A stretch of DNA of 32,000 bases from Promethearchaeum syntrophicum (GCF_008000775.2 NZ_CP042905.2:3690001-3722000); one strand, 5' to 3'; counted from the stretch's first letter, positions 9,577-19,599 are shown. The notes: generated from the sequence alone by a model not told the origin. Translations and numbers: made by a program.

Positions 9577-9725
9577 ACCTTATTATTGTGTTCTTGATGA
9601 ATAAAAATGCTAATGATTTCTTCAATTCATACTATGAATTGTAGGAATAATAGATCGGAAGACTATGTAATTGTTTTTAAAAAATCTTCCCGATAAATAG
9701 ACATTGCCATACTTTGGGAAGGATT

Positions 9726-10625
9726 TTAAATTAATTGCTCCATTAAATGTCTCATTTTTGATTTAAATTTCTTGATTTCTTTCTGGTTTTTAGATTTTAA
9801 GGCAATTTTTAGTTTAGAGATAGTGTCGAGTAATGATTTTGATTTAAAGAAATCAGCTTTAAATTGTGAAGATTTTTGGGGATATTTCTTGCGGAATTGT
9901 TCAATGGATTTCTGATATTTTTTAGTTGAATTTTTTATAAATTCTTCAGCGAGGTTAAGATCCTCGGCTTTAATAGCTTCTATACCTAATTTTTGAACTT
10001 GATGGATGTTTTTTTCCATTTCGTGAGGATCTTTAGACGAAAATTCGAGTAATAAGCTGAGAGTTTTTCTATCTTTTCGAGTTTCCTTTTCACCTGAATA
10101 TGATTTTTTGAAAAGATAAAATCCCCACGATAAAAAAATCGTAATAAATAAATGGTTAATCAACCCTGCATAATTATTATTATAGATAGAGATATTGAGA
10201 AATATCGAGATAATTTGCCAGATTATATCCATGAGAAGAACATTTCCAAAATCTTTGTAATTTGAGAGAGTTTCTCCCCCTTTTTTATCAAAAATATAGA
10301 TTGATTCTTTGGAAAAGATCAATATCCCAGCGGTAATAGCGATTCCTATCGCATAAATAATATTGAAAATCGGAAAAAGATAATATAAACCCACTCTAGA
10401 AAAGAGAATTAACACCACAATGGAAATAGCCGGGATAGAGATTAAATACCAAAAAATTTTTGCATATTCAGATTCATCGTATGAATCTTTAGCTGACTTA
10501 TCTCTTGAGAAGATTTTCCTAAAAACTTCATAAATTAAAAGAGCAATTATGTTAAATCCCCAATAAAAACCCAAACATGCTTGCAATATACTTTTCTTGG
10601 TTTTTTCTTTCATTGTTTTATACAT
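9726..10625 (-). CDS. Membrane protein of unknown function with charged C-terminal helical domain
   Basis: Four or more TM segments followed by a Lys/Glu-rich cytoplasmic-type tail. Confidence 0.5.
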   Translation of the reverse strand: MYKTMKEKTKKSILQACLGFYWGFNIIALLIYEVFRKIFSRDKSAKDSYDESEYAKIFWYLISIPAISIVVLILFSRVGLYYLFPIFNIIYAIGIAITAGILIFSKESIYIFDKKGGETLSNYKDFGNVLLMDIIWQIISIFLNISIYNNNYAGLINHLFITIFLSWGFYLFKKSYSGEKETRKDRKTLSLLLEFSSKDPHEMEKNIHQVQKLGIEAIKAEDLNLAEEFIKNSTKKYQKSIEQFRKKYPQKSSQFKADFFKSKSLLDTISKLKIALKSKNQKEIKKFKSKMRHLMEQLI

Positions 10626-10791
10626 AGAATAAAGGTTTCAATGAAAGAAAAAACCTTTTGAATTGAAATCAGTACAAAATTAAAAGATGGATCAGTCATA
10701 ATTTCTAATACAAGAAAAATTTGAAAAATGAAGATACTGGATTACATGACATTTCTACACCACCTAATAATTTCTAAATTTTAAAAAATGG

Positions 10792-10896
10792 TGGGGCCGC
10801 AGCGATTTGAACGCCAGACCTCCTGGTCCCAAACCAGGTATCAGTTTGGATTATATCCCCAAATGGGAAAAAATTACCAAGCTAGACTACGGCCCC
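10792..10896 (-). tRNA. tRNA-Pro(TGG) containing a probable 31-nt D-loop intron (10844..10874)
   Basis: Acceptor GGGGCCG/CGGCCCC, anticodon arm CCTGG-TTTGGGA-CCAGG, T arm TGGCG-TTCAAAT-CGCTG, discriminator A. Mature sequence of 74 nt after removing ATTTTTTCCCATTTGGGGATATAATCCAAAC. Confidence 0.88.
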
Positions 10897-11148
10897 GTGC
10901 ATGTAATTGATGGAAAACATCTACCCAGATATCTTGGGGTATATTATCATGAATTATCCAAAACATAAAAATTTTTTCAATCGGTTGATTTTTATTATTT
11001 ATCTTCAAGATTTCCCATGGATTAATTCATTTGACATTTATAATACAACTTTTCATTATAAATTTTAAAAAATACGAAATAAAGAGTTAAAAAATTTTAT
11101 AAAATCGAATATTTTTGCTTAAATAAGCTGGAAAATGAACCGAGATCT

Positions 11149-12336
11149 TTAATCTTCTTCTTTTTTTTTTCTTTTTAGAATAACGTTTTTCATTCCAAAA
11201 GCCCAATTTAAAACCTTTATTCTACGAATTAATTCATAAATTATCATTGACCCTCCAAAAGCAAGAAGAATTATTAGAATGAATTTTACCCAATAGATGA
11301 CACTCCATTGAACGACGAAATAAGCGACTACAATAATAACAGTCTGATGTAAAATATAAAGGGGATAAGATGCACGTGTGAAATATTCATGGATTTTATT
11401 AGATTTGTTGAGATACTTATTGGAATAACCAAGTGAAACCAAAATTATTGCCCACATTGTAATTGATTCATCCAATATTGAAAATAAAATATGAAAATTC
11501 CCAAAGTTTACGTCAGAATAAAATCGAACCGCATAATATACTGTCACAAAAATTAATCCAATAATTGAAATAATTAACCAAATTTTCCTTTTTTGCAAAA
11601 TAAATTCTTCTACTTGAGAATTCCCAATAATAAGAAATCCCAATAGGAAAATTACAAAATAATAAACAATATTTTTCCCTACTATTCGGGGAGAAATCAA
11701 ACTGATTGCAATTATTATTGTTGGGATAATGAAAATCCGAATAAAATTGAGGTTGTGAAAATATTTTTCTATTAATTTTACCCCTCTTGGAGAATTTAAC
11801 ATCTTAAAAAATGGAATAGAGATAATAGATAATGCGAATAGAATAATAATGAACCATAAATGAGCTGGAGTGAATGTTCCGCGGTATCCAGTTATATCTT
11901 GGAATCCAGTTTGAAAATATGTAAGATAGAAATCAAAAATTGTTCCAGAATATCCAGTAAAATATTTAGCAGCCAGGAAAGGTTGCGGAGGAACAATGAT
12001 CAATAAGCCAAAGATGAAAGGAATAAATAGGCGATTAAACCGGTTTTTTGAATATTTCACATAAGAAATTCTTTGTAAAGCCAGTTTTGAGGAAGCACCT
12101 GCAATAAAGAAGAAAAGAGGCATATGAAAAATATCAATAACCCAAACAAAAATAAGTGTAATCCAGCTACTCAGCTCAGAATTTTCTATATAATTAATTT
12201 CCCATACATCAAAACAGCGTGCTGTATGGAAGATAAAGAGTAATAATGTTGCGTAAATTCGTAACCAATCTAAATAGTATATTCTCCTTTCAGAGGATTT
12301 TTGATCAATATCGATAACTTGCACAATAATTATCAA
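11149..12336 (-). CDS. Acyltransferase 3 family integral membrane protein (OpgC/MdoC-like)
   Basis: RRIYYLDWLRIYATLLLFIFHTARCF... IFHMPLFFFIAGASSKLAL... NRLFIPFIFGLL... PLYILHQTVIIV. Confidence 0.85.
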   Translation of the reverse strand: MIIIVQVIDIDQKSSERRIYYLDWLRIYATLLLFIFHTARCFDVWEINYIENSELSSWITLIFVWVIDIFHMPLFFFIAGASSKLALQRISYVKYSKNRFNRLFIPFIFGLLIIVPPQPFLAAKYFTGYSGTIFDFYLTYFQTGFQDITGYRGTFTPAHLWFIIILFALSIISIPFFKMLNSPRGVKLIEKYFHNLNFIRIFIIPTIIIAISLISPRIVGKNIVYYFVIFLLGFLIIGNSQVEEFILQKRKIWLIISIIGLIFVTVYYAVRFYSDVNFGNFHILFSILDESITMWAIILVSLGYSNKYLNKSNKIHEYFTRASYPLYILHQTVIIVVAYFVVQWSVIYWVKFILIILLAFGGSMIIYELIRRIKVLNWAFGMKNVILKRKKKEED

Positions 12337-12442
12337 GAAAATAGGTCAAATAAAATATCATGAGACCCGTTATTAGCAAAAATGGAAAATTTAGTATCCA
12401 GTTAAAAAACAATTTTAAAATTTAATTCATTCTATTTCATCC

Positions 12443-13792
12443 ATGAGTAATTTACTAACTGCATTTCTAAAGGCTCGTTGGCGGTTTAAACATTGGAATC
12501 CAGAGAAAATCCGTAAATTTCAAATACATCAAGCTCGAAAAATTATCCAATATGCGGTTACTAACTCAAAATTTTACCATTCTTATTACAACAATAAAAA
12601 CCTTAATGATGTGTTCCAACTTCCTTTGATCGATAAACAAATAATGATGAAAGAATTTACAAATTTCAATACTGCTGGACTTACTAGGGAAGAATGTCTT
12701 AATTTTTGTCTTAAAACAGAAGAAACTCGAGATTTTTCTCAAAAATACAAAAATTATATTATAGGAATGTCAACGGGAACATCTGGAAATCGCGGAATTG
12801 AAATGGTAACAAAAAAAGAAGCTGGTATTATGCAGACTACATTTATTGCCCGTTTTCCCATTCCTTTACGCGGAAGATTTCACTTGGCTTTCATTTTACG
12901 CGTTTTTTCACCCGGATTCAATGTTAATGTCGGAAAATTCAAGATGAGTTATGTTTCTCCCATGGACACATTGGAAAATATTATCAATGAATTGAATCAG
13001 TTGCAACCTACAGCATTATCAGCCCCTCCTTCAATGCTAAAAATACTTGCTGAAGCAAAACAAGATAATAAACTTCAAATAACTCCAAATTTGGTAGTTT
13101 CCTATGCCGAAGTTCTTTCCCCTGATACTGAACAATTTTTAGAAAAAATTTTCGAAACGAAAATTCTCGAAGTTTACAAAGCCACTGAAGGTATGCTTGC
13201 TCAATCATGTAAAGCAGGAAGATTACACATAAATGAAGACATCTCTATTGTCGAAATTGTAGATGAAAATGATGATCATGTTCCACCCGGCACTCCGGGC
13301 CATGTAATTGTCACAGATTTAGTGAAACGCACAACGCCTATTATCCGATATAGATTAAATGATATAGTAACCATCGATCCAGATCCTGCTCCTTGTCCTT
13401 GTGGATCTCAGTTCCGAGTGATTAAACAAATCCAAGGTAGAGCCGATGATATGTTTCTGGGAAAGCGTGCTGATACAAAGCAATCACAATTTATTTTCGG
13501 TGATTATATTCGAAGAGCGATTGTATCAACCTCTGATCATATCCGGGAATATCGCGCAATTCAAGAAAATCCCCAGAAAATTATAATTGACTTGGAATTA
13601 ATCCCCGAATTTCAAACCCCAGAAGAACAATCGATTTTTAATAATGAATTACCTAATAAAATTTCACAATTGTTTAAAAAGCATAAGTGTGAGACTCCAG
13701 ATGTGGAAATCAATTTCAAAGCCATTACCCATGATTTTAGCTTAAAATTGAGGAGAATAATTCGCAATTTTGATGAAACGGCTTATTTTTAA
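12443..13792 (+). CDS. Phenylacetate-CoA ligase (PaaK)/coenzyme F390 synthetase-like adenylate-forming enzyme
   Basis: MSTGTSGNRGIEM phosphate-binding motif, IRYRLNDIVTIDPDPAPCPCGSQFRVIKQIQGRADDMF C-terminal signature. Confidence 0.85.
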   Translation: MSNLLTAFLKARWRFKHWNPEKIRKFQIHQARKIIQYAVTNSKFYHSYYNNKNLNDVFQLPLIDKQIMMKEFTNFNTAGLTREECLNFCLKTEETRDFSQKYKNYIIGMSTGTSGNRGIEMVTKKEAGIMQTTFIARFPIPLRGRFHLAFILRVFSPGFNVNVGKFKMSYVSPMDTLENIINELNQLQPTALSAPPSMLKILAEAKQDNKLQITPNLVVSYAEVLSPDTEQFLEKIFETKILEVYKATEGMLAQSCKAGRLHINEDISIVEIVDENDDHVPPGTPGHVIVTDLVKRTTPIIRYRLNDIVTIDPDPAPCPCGSQFRVIKQIQGRADDMFLGKRADTKQSQFIFGDYIRRAIVSTSDHIREYRAIQENPQKIIIDLELIPEFQTPEEQSIFNNELPNKISQLFKKHKCETPDVEINFKAITHDFSLKLRRIIRNFDETAYF

Positions 13793-13849
13793 CAATTTAG
13801 TTTTTCAATATGAAATAGATTGAAATATAACCTAGTAGGAAGATAAATT

Positions 13850-15127
13850 ATGACTGAAGTGACTCAACCAGAAGATTTAACAAACCCAGAAAAAGTGAAA
13901 AGATGGTATGGTATTGATATTCTCCGTGGTATTGGCATTATTGGGGTAATTTTACTCCATGGAATTATTTCAAATTATTCGCAGTTAGATGAACTTGATT
14001 TAGATAATTTACCCCCTCTATTCATGGTATTATACCTTGTAGATTTTTGGGGAGGGATTTATGCGTTAATTTCAGGCACTGTTAACATCTATGCAATCTA
14101 TCGGCACTCGATTTCAGCTAAAGATCACCTAGACAAAAAACAATATGAAGAATATCGATGGAAATATCTGTTTAAATATGGATTTATCCTTTTACTTCTA
14201 CATTTCCTTTATCATTACGCTTTGGGACCCACATATCACAACTTTGAAACAAAAATACATAAATATGCATTAATTCCTGGAATTTTAACTAATGGTTGGG
14301 GATATTCTGTACTACCCGAAAGGATGGTTTTGGGGTCTTCTCTTTCTATGATTGCTTTGAATCTCTTGGCCTTAGGTTTACTTGCATTCTGGCTTTTTAA
14401 AAATAATCCCCAACAAAAATTGAAGCGAAATAAGCGAATCTTTTTGATTCTCGGTTCTATTTTTATCGTTTTTGCATTTTTCCAGATCCCATTAGGTGTT
14501 ATTCACACTAATTTAACTGAGGCAGAGAATTATTTTTCTGCATTGATTCTTGGATTACTCATTGGGTATCCATATCCTTTCTTTCCCTTTTTTGGATATG
14601 GGTGCATTGGAGCATACTTAGCTTTGGTATTAGCGGATAAACCCACAAAAAAAACTCTTCGTCGACAGCTTTTGTTAATGATTCCTTTTTTAATTATAGG
14701 TGTGATAGCTTTCATGCTACCGAATGCATTTTATGAGAAATACCATCTGTTGGATGAAATATTCATGTCTTATATAATGGTCAACATCAATATTGCCCTC
14801 TTTATACTCTTTCTATTTATAGCGATAAGAGTTGCTGATTTTTCAAATTTAAGATCGATGATAATTGATGAGGAAAAGCCCTCGAAATTTCTTCATTTCT
14901 TTATCACTTTGGGACAACATTCACTAATCATCTTTTTATTGGAGACAGTAGTTCGAGAAATAATAGCCTTTGGCCTTACTGCAGTATTTCCGGGCTGGAA
15001 TGACTCAGTCTTGAACTGCTTTATTTTTGGGGGAAGTTTGGTTATTATGTGGATAGTTATTGTGATTATACTTGGGAAAATGAAATGGAGTCTAAACAAC
15101 AAAAAATGGAAAAAAATTGGGCCTTAA
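13850..15127 (+). CDS. Acyltransferase-like membrane protein (DUF1624/DUF418, heparan-alpha-glucosaminide N-acetyltransferase-like)
   Basis: RWYGIDILRGIGIIGVILLHGIISNY at the N-terminus, PFFPFFGYGCIGAYLALVLAD, about 10 TM segments, terminal GQHSLIIFLLETVVRE. Confidence 0.65.
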   Translation: MTEVTQPEDLTNPEKVKRWYGIDILRGIGIIGVILLHGIISNYSQLDELDLDNLPPLFMVLYLVDFWGGIYALISGTVNIYAIYRHSISAKDHLDKKQYEEYRWKYLFKYGFILLLLHFLYHYALGPTYHNFETKIHKYALIPGILTNGWGYSVLPERMVLGSSLSMIALNLLALGLLAFWLFKNNPQQKLKRNKRIFLILGSIFIVFAFFQIPLGVIHTNLTEAENYFSALILGLLIGYPYPFFPFFGYGCIGAYLALVLADKPTKKTLRRQLLLMIPFLIIGVIAFMLPNAFYEKYHLLDEIFMSYIMVNINIALFILFLFIAIRVADFSNLRSMIIDEEKPSKFLHFFITLGQHSLIIFLLETVVREIIAFGLTAVFPGWNDSVLNCFIFGGSLVIMWIVIVIILGKMKWSLNNKKWKKIGP

Positions 15128-15176
15128 CCAATTGTTGGTAGTAAAAAATAAATAAATCTCACGATTAGTCAACAAT

Positions 15177-15713
15177 ATGGAAAAAAATATTACCCTTAAG
15201 TCTGGATTAGAATTAGAAATTCGGATTCCTACAGTTGAAGATGCACAAGCAGTTCTCAATTTCATAGATATTATCAGTGGCGAATCAGATAACTTAACTT
15301 TCGGACCTGGAGAATTTGATATTTCGTTAGAACAAGAAAAAAATTATTTTTCTAAATTGAAAGATGATAAAGATAATATCTTTGTAATCGGTTTAATCGA
15401 TGGAGAAATTGTGTGCGTTTCAGATATGTCTACAGGAAGACGCAAAAGAATGCGCCATGCGGGAGAAATTCACATCTCCGTTCAAAAAAAATATTGGAAT
15501 ATGGGAATAGGACGATGTGTTTTATCAGAGCTAATTAAGTGGGGGAAAGAAATCAGGAAATTACGAAAAATTAATCTTGATGTTAAAGAAGGAAATGTCT
15601 CTGCCATTTATCTGTATGAATCATTAGGATTTCAAGAAGAAGGTAGAATTTCAAGAGGGTATCAAATTAATGGTGAGTTTTATACCCTTATTGCTATGGG
15701 ACTTGAACTTTAA
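15177..15713 (+). CDS. GNAT family N-acetyltransferase
   Basis: ISVQKKYWNMGIGRCVLSELIKWGK... INLDVKEGNVSAIYLYESLGFQEEGR. Confidence 0.88.
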   Translation: MEKNITLKSGLELEIRIPTVEDAQAVLNFIDIISGESDNLTFGPGEFDISLEQEKNYFSKLKDDKDNIFVIGLIDGEIVCVSDMSTGRRKRMRHAGEIHISVQKKYWNMGIGRCVLSELIKWGKEIRKLRKINLDVKEGNVSAIYLYESLGFQEEGRISRGYQINGEFYTLIAMGLEL

Positions 15714-15779
15714 ACTTTAAGAATTAATAAAATTCGAATCAAAACAATTTTATTTAACTTTGATTTAAAAATTTGTACT

Positions 15780-16043
15780 ATGGTTCCTAATGATGAAGAA
15801 GAAGAAATCGAAGAAGAAGAAGAATTTGTCGAAAATAAATTCATATGCCGAGATTGTAAAAAAACGGTTGAATATGGAGAAGGAGATGACATGATTCTCT
15901 TATGTGATGATTGTTTAGAACTCTACAACCAGGATAAAATATGGAAGGACTTTGATAAAGAGAAAATTAAAGAAGAGGATCTAAAAACTTTCGAATTAGC
16001 TCCTTATCTAAATCCAAAGGGTAAAAAGAAAAAAGGCCTTTAA
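15780..16043 (+). CDS. Small acidic protein with two CxxC pairs (possible zinc ribbon)
   Basis: NDEEEEIEEEEEFVENKFICRDCKKTVEYGEGDDMILLCDDCLELY. Confidence 0.5.
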   Translation: MVPNDEEEEIEEEEEFVENKFICRDCKKTVEYGEGDDMILLCDDCLELYNQDKIWKDFDKEKIKEEDLKTFELAPYLNPKGKKKKGL

Positions 16044-16100
16044 ATTTAAAATATTCGGTGAAGTGATGTATTTCAAATAAGTTTTGCAACAATTTCAATA

Positions 16101-16676
16101 TCAATTATCATATTTTTTTAAGATAGAATGGATATACATTTTTTCAAATTCATCGGCAAGTATATCCATAAAAATAACATCGTATTTTTTTCCTGCAATT
16201 ATACGTCCTTGACGTCGTCTCCCAATTTCTTTAAATCCTATTTTTTTATAGGATGAGATTGCCCGTTGATTAAATTCAAAGGTGCCTAACATAATATTGT
16301 TTAGATTTAATATATTAAAACCATAATCCAAGATTAATTTCAATGCATCTTGTCCATAGCCTTTTCCCCAATATTTTTTCTCCCCAATAACAATCCCTAC
16401 CATAGCTCGTTGATCGATATGATTTATATCAAATAAGATCGTTCTTCCAATGGCTTCATCTGTTTGCTTGTCAACGATTTCAAAAAAATGATAATGATTT
16501 TTTAAAATCTTAAGGATTGATTCACGTTCTACTTCAGGTGATGTTGGACGATAGACTTCATCTCCTAATAACATTGTAGTTTCTGTATCATTAAACCATA
16601 CAGCCCATTTTGTTGCATCTTCTTCAACACATGGAGAAAGGTAGCATAAATTGCCTATCATTTTTTTAAAGTACAT
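16101..16676 (-). CDS. GNAT family N-acetyltransferase (RimJ/RimL-like)
   Basis: VGIVIGEKKYWGKGYGQDALKLILDYGFNILNLNNIMLGTFEFNQRAISSYKKIGFKEIGRRR. Confidence 0.88.
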   Translation of the reverse strand: MYFKKMIGNLCYLSPCVEEDATKWAVWFNDTETTMLLGDEVYRPTSPEVERESILKILKNHYHFFEIVDKQTDEAIGRTILFDINHIDQRAMVGIVIGEKKYWGKGYGQDALKLILDYGFNILNLNNIMLGTFEFNQRAISSYKKIGFKEIGRRRQGRIIAGKKYDVIFMDILADEFEKMYIHSILKKYDN

Positions 16677-16711
16677 GTTATTGAAGATATGATCAATCTT
16701 ATTATTCCTTA

Positions 16712-17824
16712 TTGTTTACATTCATTCAAAATAGTTCTCAATTGGTAGTGAAAAATTTGAAAAAAAAAAATCTTCTCATCGGTGTAATGATATTAATATC
16801 AATAAGCAGTTTCATCATTGTTTATGCATTTAATAACAACATTATACCTGGACGTACAGTAGGCTATAGAATCTATGTTGAAAGTGATTATGCATACGTA
16901 ACTCACAATGATGGTGTTGAGATAATCAATACTGAAAATAAGCAGAAGCCAAATGTCGTTGGAAATGTGGATCTCAACGATGGAGCATGGGGAATTGAAA
17001 AAGATGGTGATTTATTTTATATTGCAGCCGCTTCTAATGGATTGGTAACCGCAGATGTTAGTAACCCAGAAGCCCCGATCATTATTACCCGAACTGCTAT
17101 TGAAGGAGGGGCACTTAATTTGGCAATTAAAAATGGTTTAGCATTCGTCCTCACAGGTTCGAATACGATTGCAATTTATAATGTCACTGATTCGAGTTCA
17201 CCATTTCGGATAGCAACATATACATCATCGCAAGCAAGTGACTATCGTGATGTTATTATCTCAGGAGACGCATTATTCATTGCAGATGCTGGACGTGGTA
17301 TTGAAATATTAAATGTAAGCCAACCTTCCACACCATCATTACTCAATACTATCATCACTTCAGCTCCAATAGCAATCTTCAAACATGATAATTTACTCTT
17401 CTTAGGATGCCATGGTGCAGGAGTTAAATGGTATAACGTATCCAATTTAATTTCTCCAGTGTTGAAAGGATCCTATCTAGAACCTTATGGAGAAGCATAT
17501 GGAGTTTGGGGAAATTCAACTCACTTATATGTTGCAGATTTACAAAAGGGAGTATATTGCTTGAATATTTCTGAAGGGAACTATGTGACTAAAATTTTTC
17601 ATAATTTAGAAGCGGCACCTCACGATATTACAGGAGAGGGAAATTATGTATATCTCGGCGACCAAGATTACCGGTTGAAAATCTATGATGACCACCTTAA
17701 TTGTTTATATGAGGGACACATAATCAGTTATGTAATTCCAATTATTATTGCAGTTATTTCAGTCGGAATTATCATTTACAGTCGAATTCCGATTAAAAAA
17801 AATAGGATTAATGTTGTAAAATGA
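16712..17824 (+). CDS. LVIVD-repeat beta-propeller protein with N- and C-terminal transmembrane segments
   Basis: Repeats such as YAYVTHNDGVEIINTENKQKPNVVGNV and ALFIADAGRGIEILNVSQPSTPSLL; N-terminal TM LIGVMILISISSFIIVYAF, C-terminal TM YVIPIIIAVISVGIIIY. Confidence 0.8.
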   Translation: MFTFIQNSSQLVVKNLKKKNLLIGVMILISISSFIIVYAFNNNIIPGRTVGYRIYVESDYAYVTHNDGVEIINTENKQKPNVVGNVDLNDGAWGIEKDGDLFYIAAASNGLVTADVSNPEAPIIITRTAIEGGALNLAIKNGLAFVLTGSNTIAIYNVTDSSSPFRIATYTSSQASDYRDVIISGDALFIADAGRGIEILNVSQPSTPSLLNTIITSAPIAIFKHDNLLFLGCHGAGVKWYNVSNLISPVLKGSYLEPYGEAYGVWGNSTHLYVADLQKGVYCLNISEGNYVTKIFHNLEAAPHDITGEGNYVYLGDQDYRLKIYDDHLNCLYEGHIISYVIPIIIAVISVGIIIYSRIPIKKNRINVVK

Positions 17825-17846
17825 GAAAGACTACTTAACACCATAA

Positions 17847-18743
17847 TTAATTTTTTAAATTTTTTATTGGATTTTGATTCATACAAGGAACATCAAATTG
17901 ACAGAGAGCACAACCAACTGCAGGAAATCTTCTCTGTCTAACTTCACCTTTAACACGTCTCGAGCTAGGTTTCAATAAATTCCCCCATTTTTCCATCATT
18001 TGTTGTGCGATCTTTTGTCCATATTGATGGCAAAGTTCCTTATCATGCCCTTGTTCATTTATGGCATTTATTGGACAACGTTCAATACACTTTTTACAGC
18101 TTTTATTTGCGAAATAGAGACAATTTGAATACGGAGTCTTAATTTTTCGTTTCGATAAGGGAAATGGAGCATCAGTTATTATAGAACCCAACCGAATGTT
18201 TGATCCATAATCAGAAATAAATGCATCCGTAAGGGAAAATGATCCTAAACCTGCAGCATATGCAACATGACGTTCAGACCATGAAGAACTATAACCTACA
18301 AGTTCAACTAAATGACTTTGATTGCATAAAGCTGCGTTAAAACCTAATTCATCAAGAAATTGCTGTACGGATACTAATGCAGAATTTATTGTAGTGTCTG
18401 CAAAATTTCGTGCAATAAGATAGAGCTCAGGAGGACTAATTTGTGACTTTGATCCTGCTTCTTTAATATCATCAGAAAACGAAAAACCAAATGAAAGAAC
18501 TGATATCTCTTCTGGGTGAATATTTTTAGGTAGAAAATTAAAACTGGACCATAGCTCTGCTGGAGTAAAATGATACTTTCCGATGATTTCTTTATATTTT
18601 AGGAACAAAGGATCAGACCCTTGTCCTATACCAAAGAAAATTTTTGAAAAAATTTGATGAGAATTAAATTCATTTGGGAGAACATTATCCTTATGGTTTT
18701 CAGTGAAGTTGTCCAAAAGATTCTGAATTTTATTTTGCATCAT
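17847..18743 (-). CDS. 4Fe-4S protein related to epoxyqueuosine reductase / reductive dehalogenase-type Fe-S proteins
   Basis: CLYFANKSCKKCIERCPINAIN... VGCALCQFDVPCMNQNP; upstream FAAALCNQS-like core with GLGSFSLTDAFISDYGSNIRLGSIITDAPF. Confidence 0.65.
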   Translation of the reverse strand: MMQNKIQNLLDNFTENHKDNVLPNEFNSHQIFSKIFFGIGQGSDPLFLKYKEIIGKYHFTPAELWSSFNFLPKNIHPEEISVLSFGFSFSDDIKEAGSKSQISPPELYLIARNFADTTINSALVSVQQFLDELGFNAALCNQSHLVELVGYSSSWSERHVAYAAGLGSFSLTDAFISDYGSNIRLGSIITDAPFPLSKRKIKTPYSNCLYFANKSCKKCIERCPINAINEQGHDKELCHQYGQKIAQQMMEKWGNLLKPSSRRVKGEVRQRRFPAVGCALCQFDVPCMNQNPIKNLKN

Positions 18744-18831
18744 TAAGATATTAACTCAAATATAGAAAAAAGTTTTTAACCGTGATTAACACTTGAATTC
18801 GACAATGATTATAACAAAGAGCAGTTTTTTC

Positions 18832-19599
18832 TTAAAAAGCGATTTTTTTTCGATACCAATACCGATATTTTTCTTTGAACCCTAATTTTTGATATAAACG
18901 TAAAGCTGCGGGATTATTTAACATTACTTGGAGATACGCCTTTCGAGCCCCACAGTTCTTTCCTAATTTGAGGATATGATGTATTAAAAGGGAACCAATC
19001 CCTAGATTACGATAATCTTTACCAACAACAATATCAAACAATCCAATATAGAACTCATCTTGAACACCTATACCACAGGCAACACATTTATCATCTTGGA
19101 ATAACAGCAAATAGAAGGTCTTTACCAAGATACTTTTTAAAATCCTGCGTAATTTTTTTTGATTTTGATTTCGCACTTGATTTAAACTGCAATACTGTTG
19201 CAACCATATTTCATTTAAATGATTTTTACACTCCAAATGAAGGGAAGATTCTGGAATATTTAATTCTGGAATATCTAATTCTTGCACACTAGTTTCATCA
19301 ATTTTTTCATAACCTTGTTTGATTAAAGTTGATTCTAAATTTTTTGGGGACGCGATATCAGTGAGCTTAAATATACATGGAAGAGAGAATCTGGAATATT
19401 TTATTTCACAACGTTTAATTTTGAGAAGTAGATCATCGGTTGACTGAAAAATCGGATTGACAGAATTTGCACGTTTTGTATACCCTTCAGCAAATCGTAA
19501 AATCCATCCATCATCAATTATGGTCTGGAAACTGGGCCAAGCAGACATGGTGCGAGCTTCCATATTTCTAATATAGACTCTGTCTTCATCTGAAATCAT
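18832..19599 (-). CDS. GNAT family N-acetyltransferase
   Basis: IVVGKDYRNLGIGSLLIHHILKLGKNCGARKAYLQVMLNNPAALRLYQKLGFKEKYRYWYRKK. Confidence 0.88.
   Translation of the reverse strand: MISDEDRVYIRNMEARTMSAWPSFQTIIDDGWILRFAEGYTKRANSVNPIFQSTDDLLLKIKRCEIKYSRFSLPCIFKLTDIASPKNLESTLIKQGYEKIDETSVQELDIPELNIPESSLHLECKNHLNEIWLQQYCSLNQVRNQNQKKLRRILKSILVKTFYLLLFQDDKCVACGIGVQDEFYIGLFDIVVGKDYRNLGIGSLLIHHILKLGKNCGARKAYLQVMLNNPAALRLYQKLGFKEKYRYWYRKKIAF

Noticed and set aside
11159-11183. Long T-rich run resembling a terminator
   Set aside because: It lies inside the acyltransferase ORF, encoding its Lys/Glu-rich tail (KKKKKEED), so it is coding rather than clear terminator evidence.
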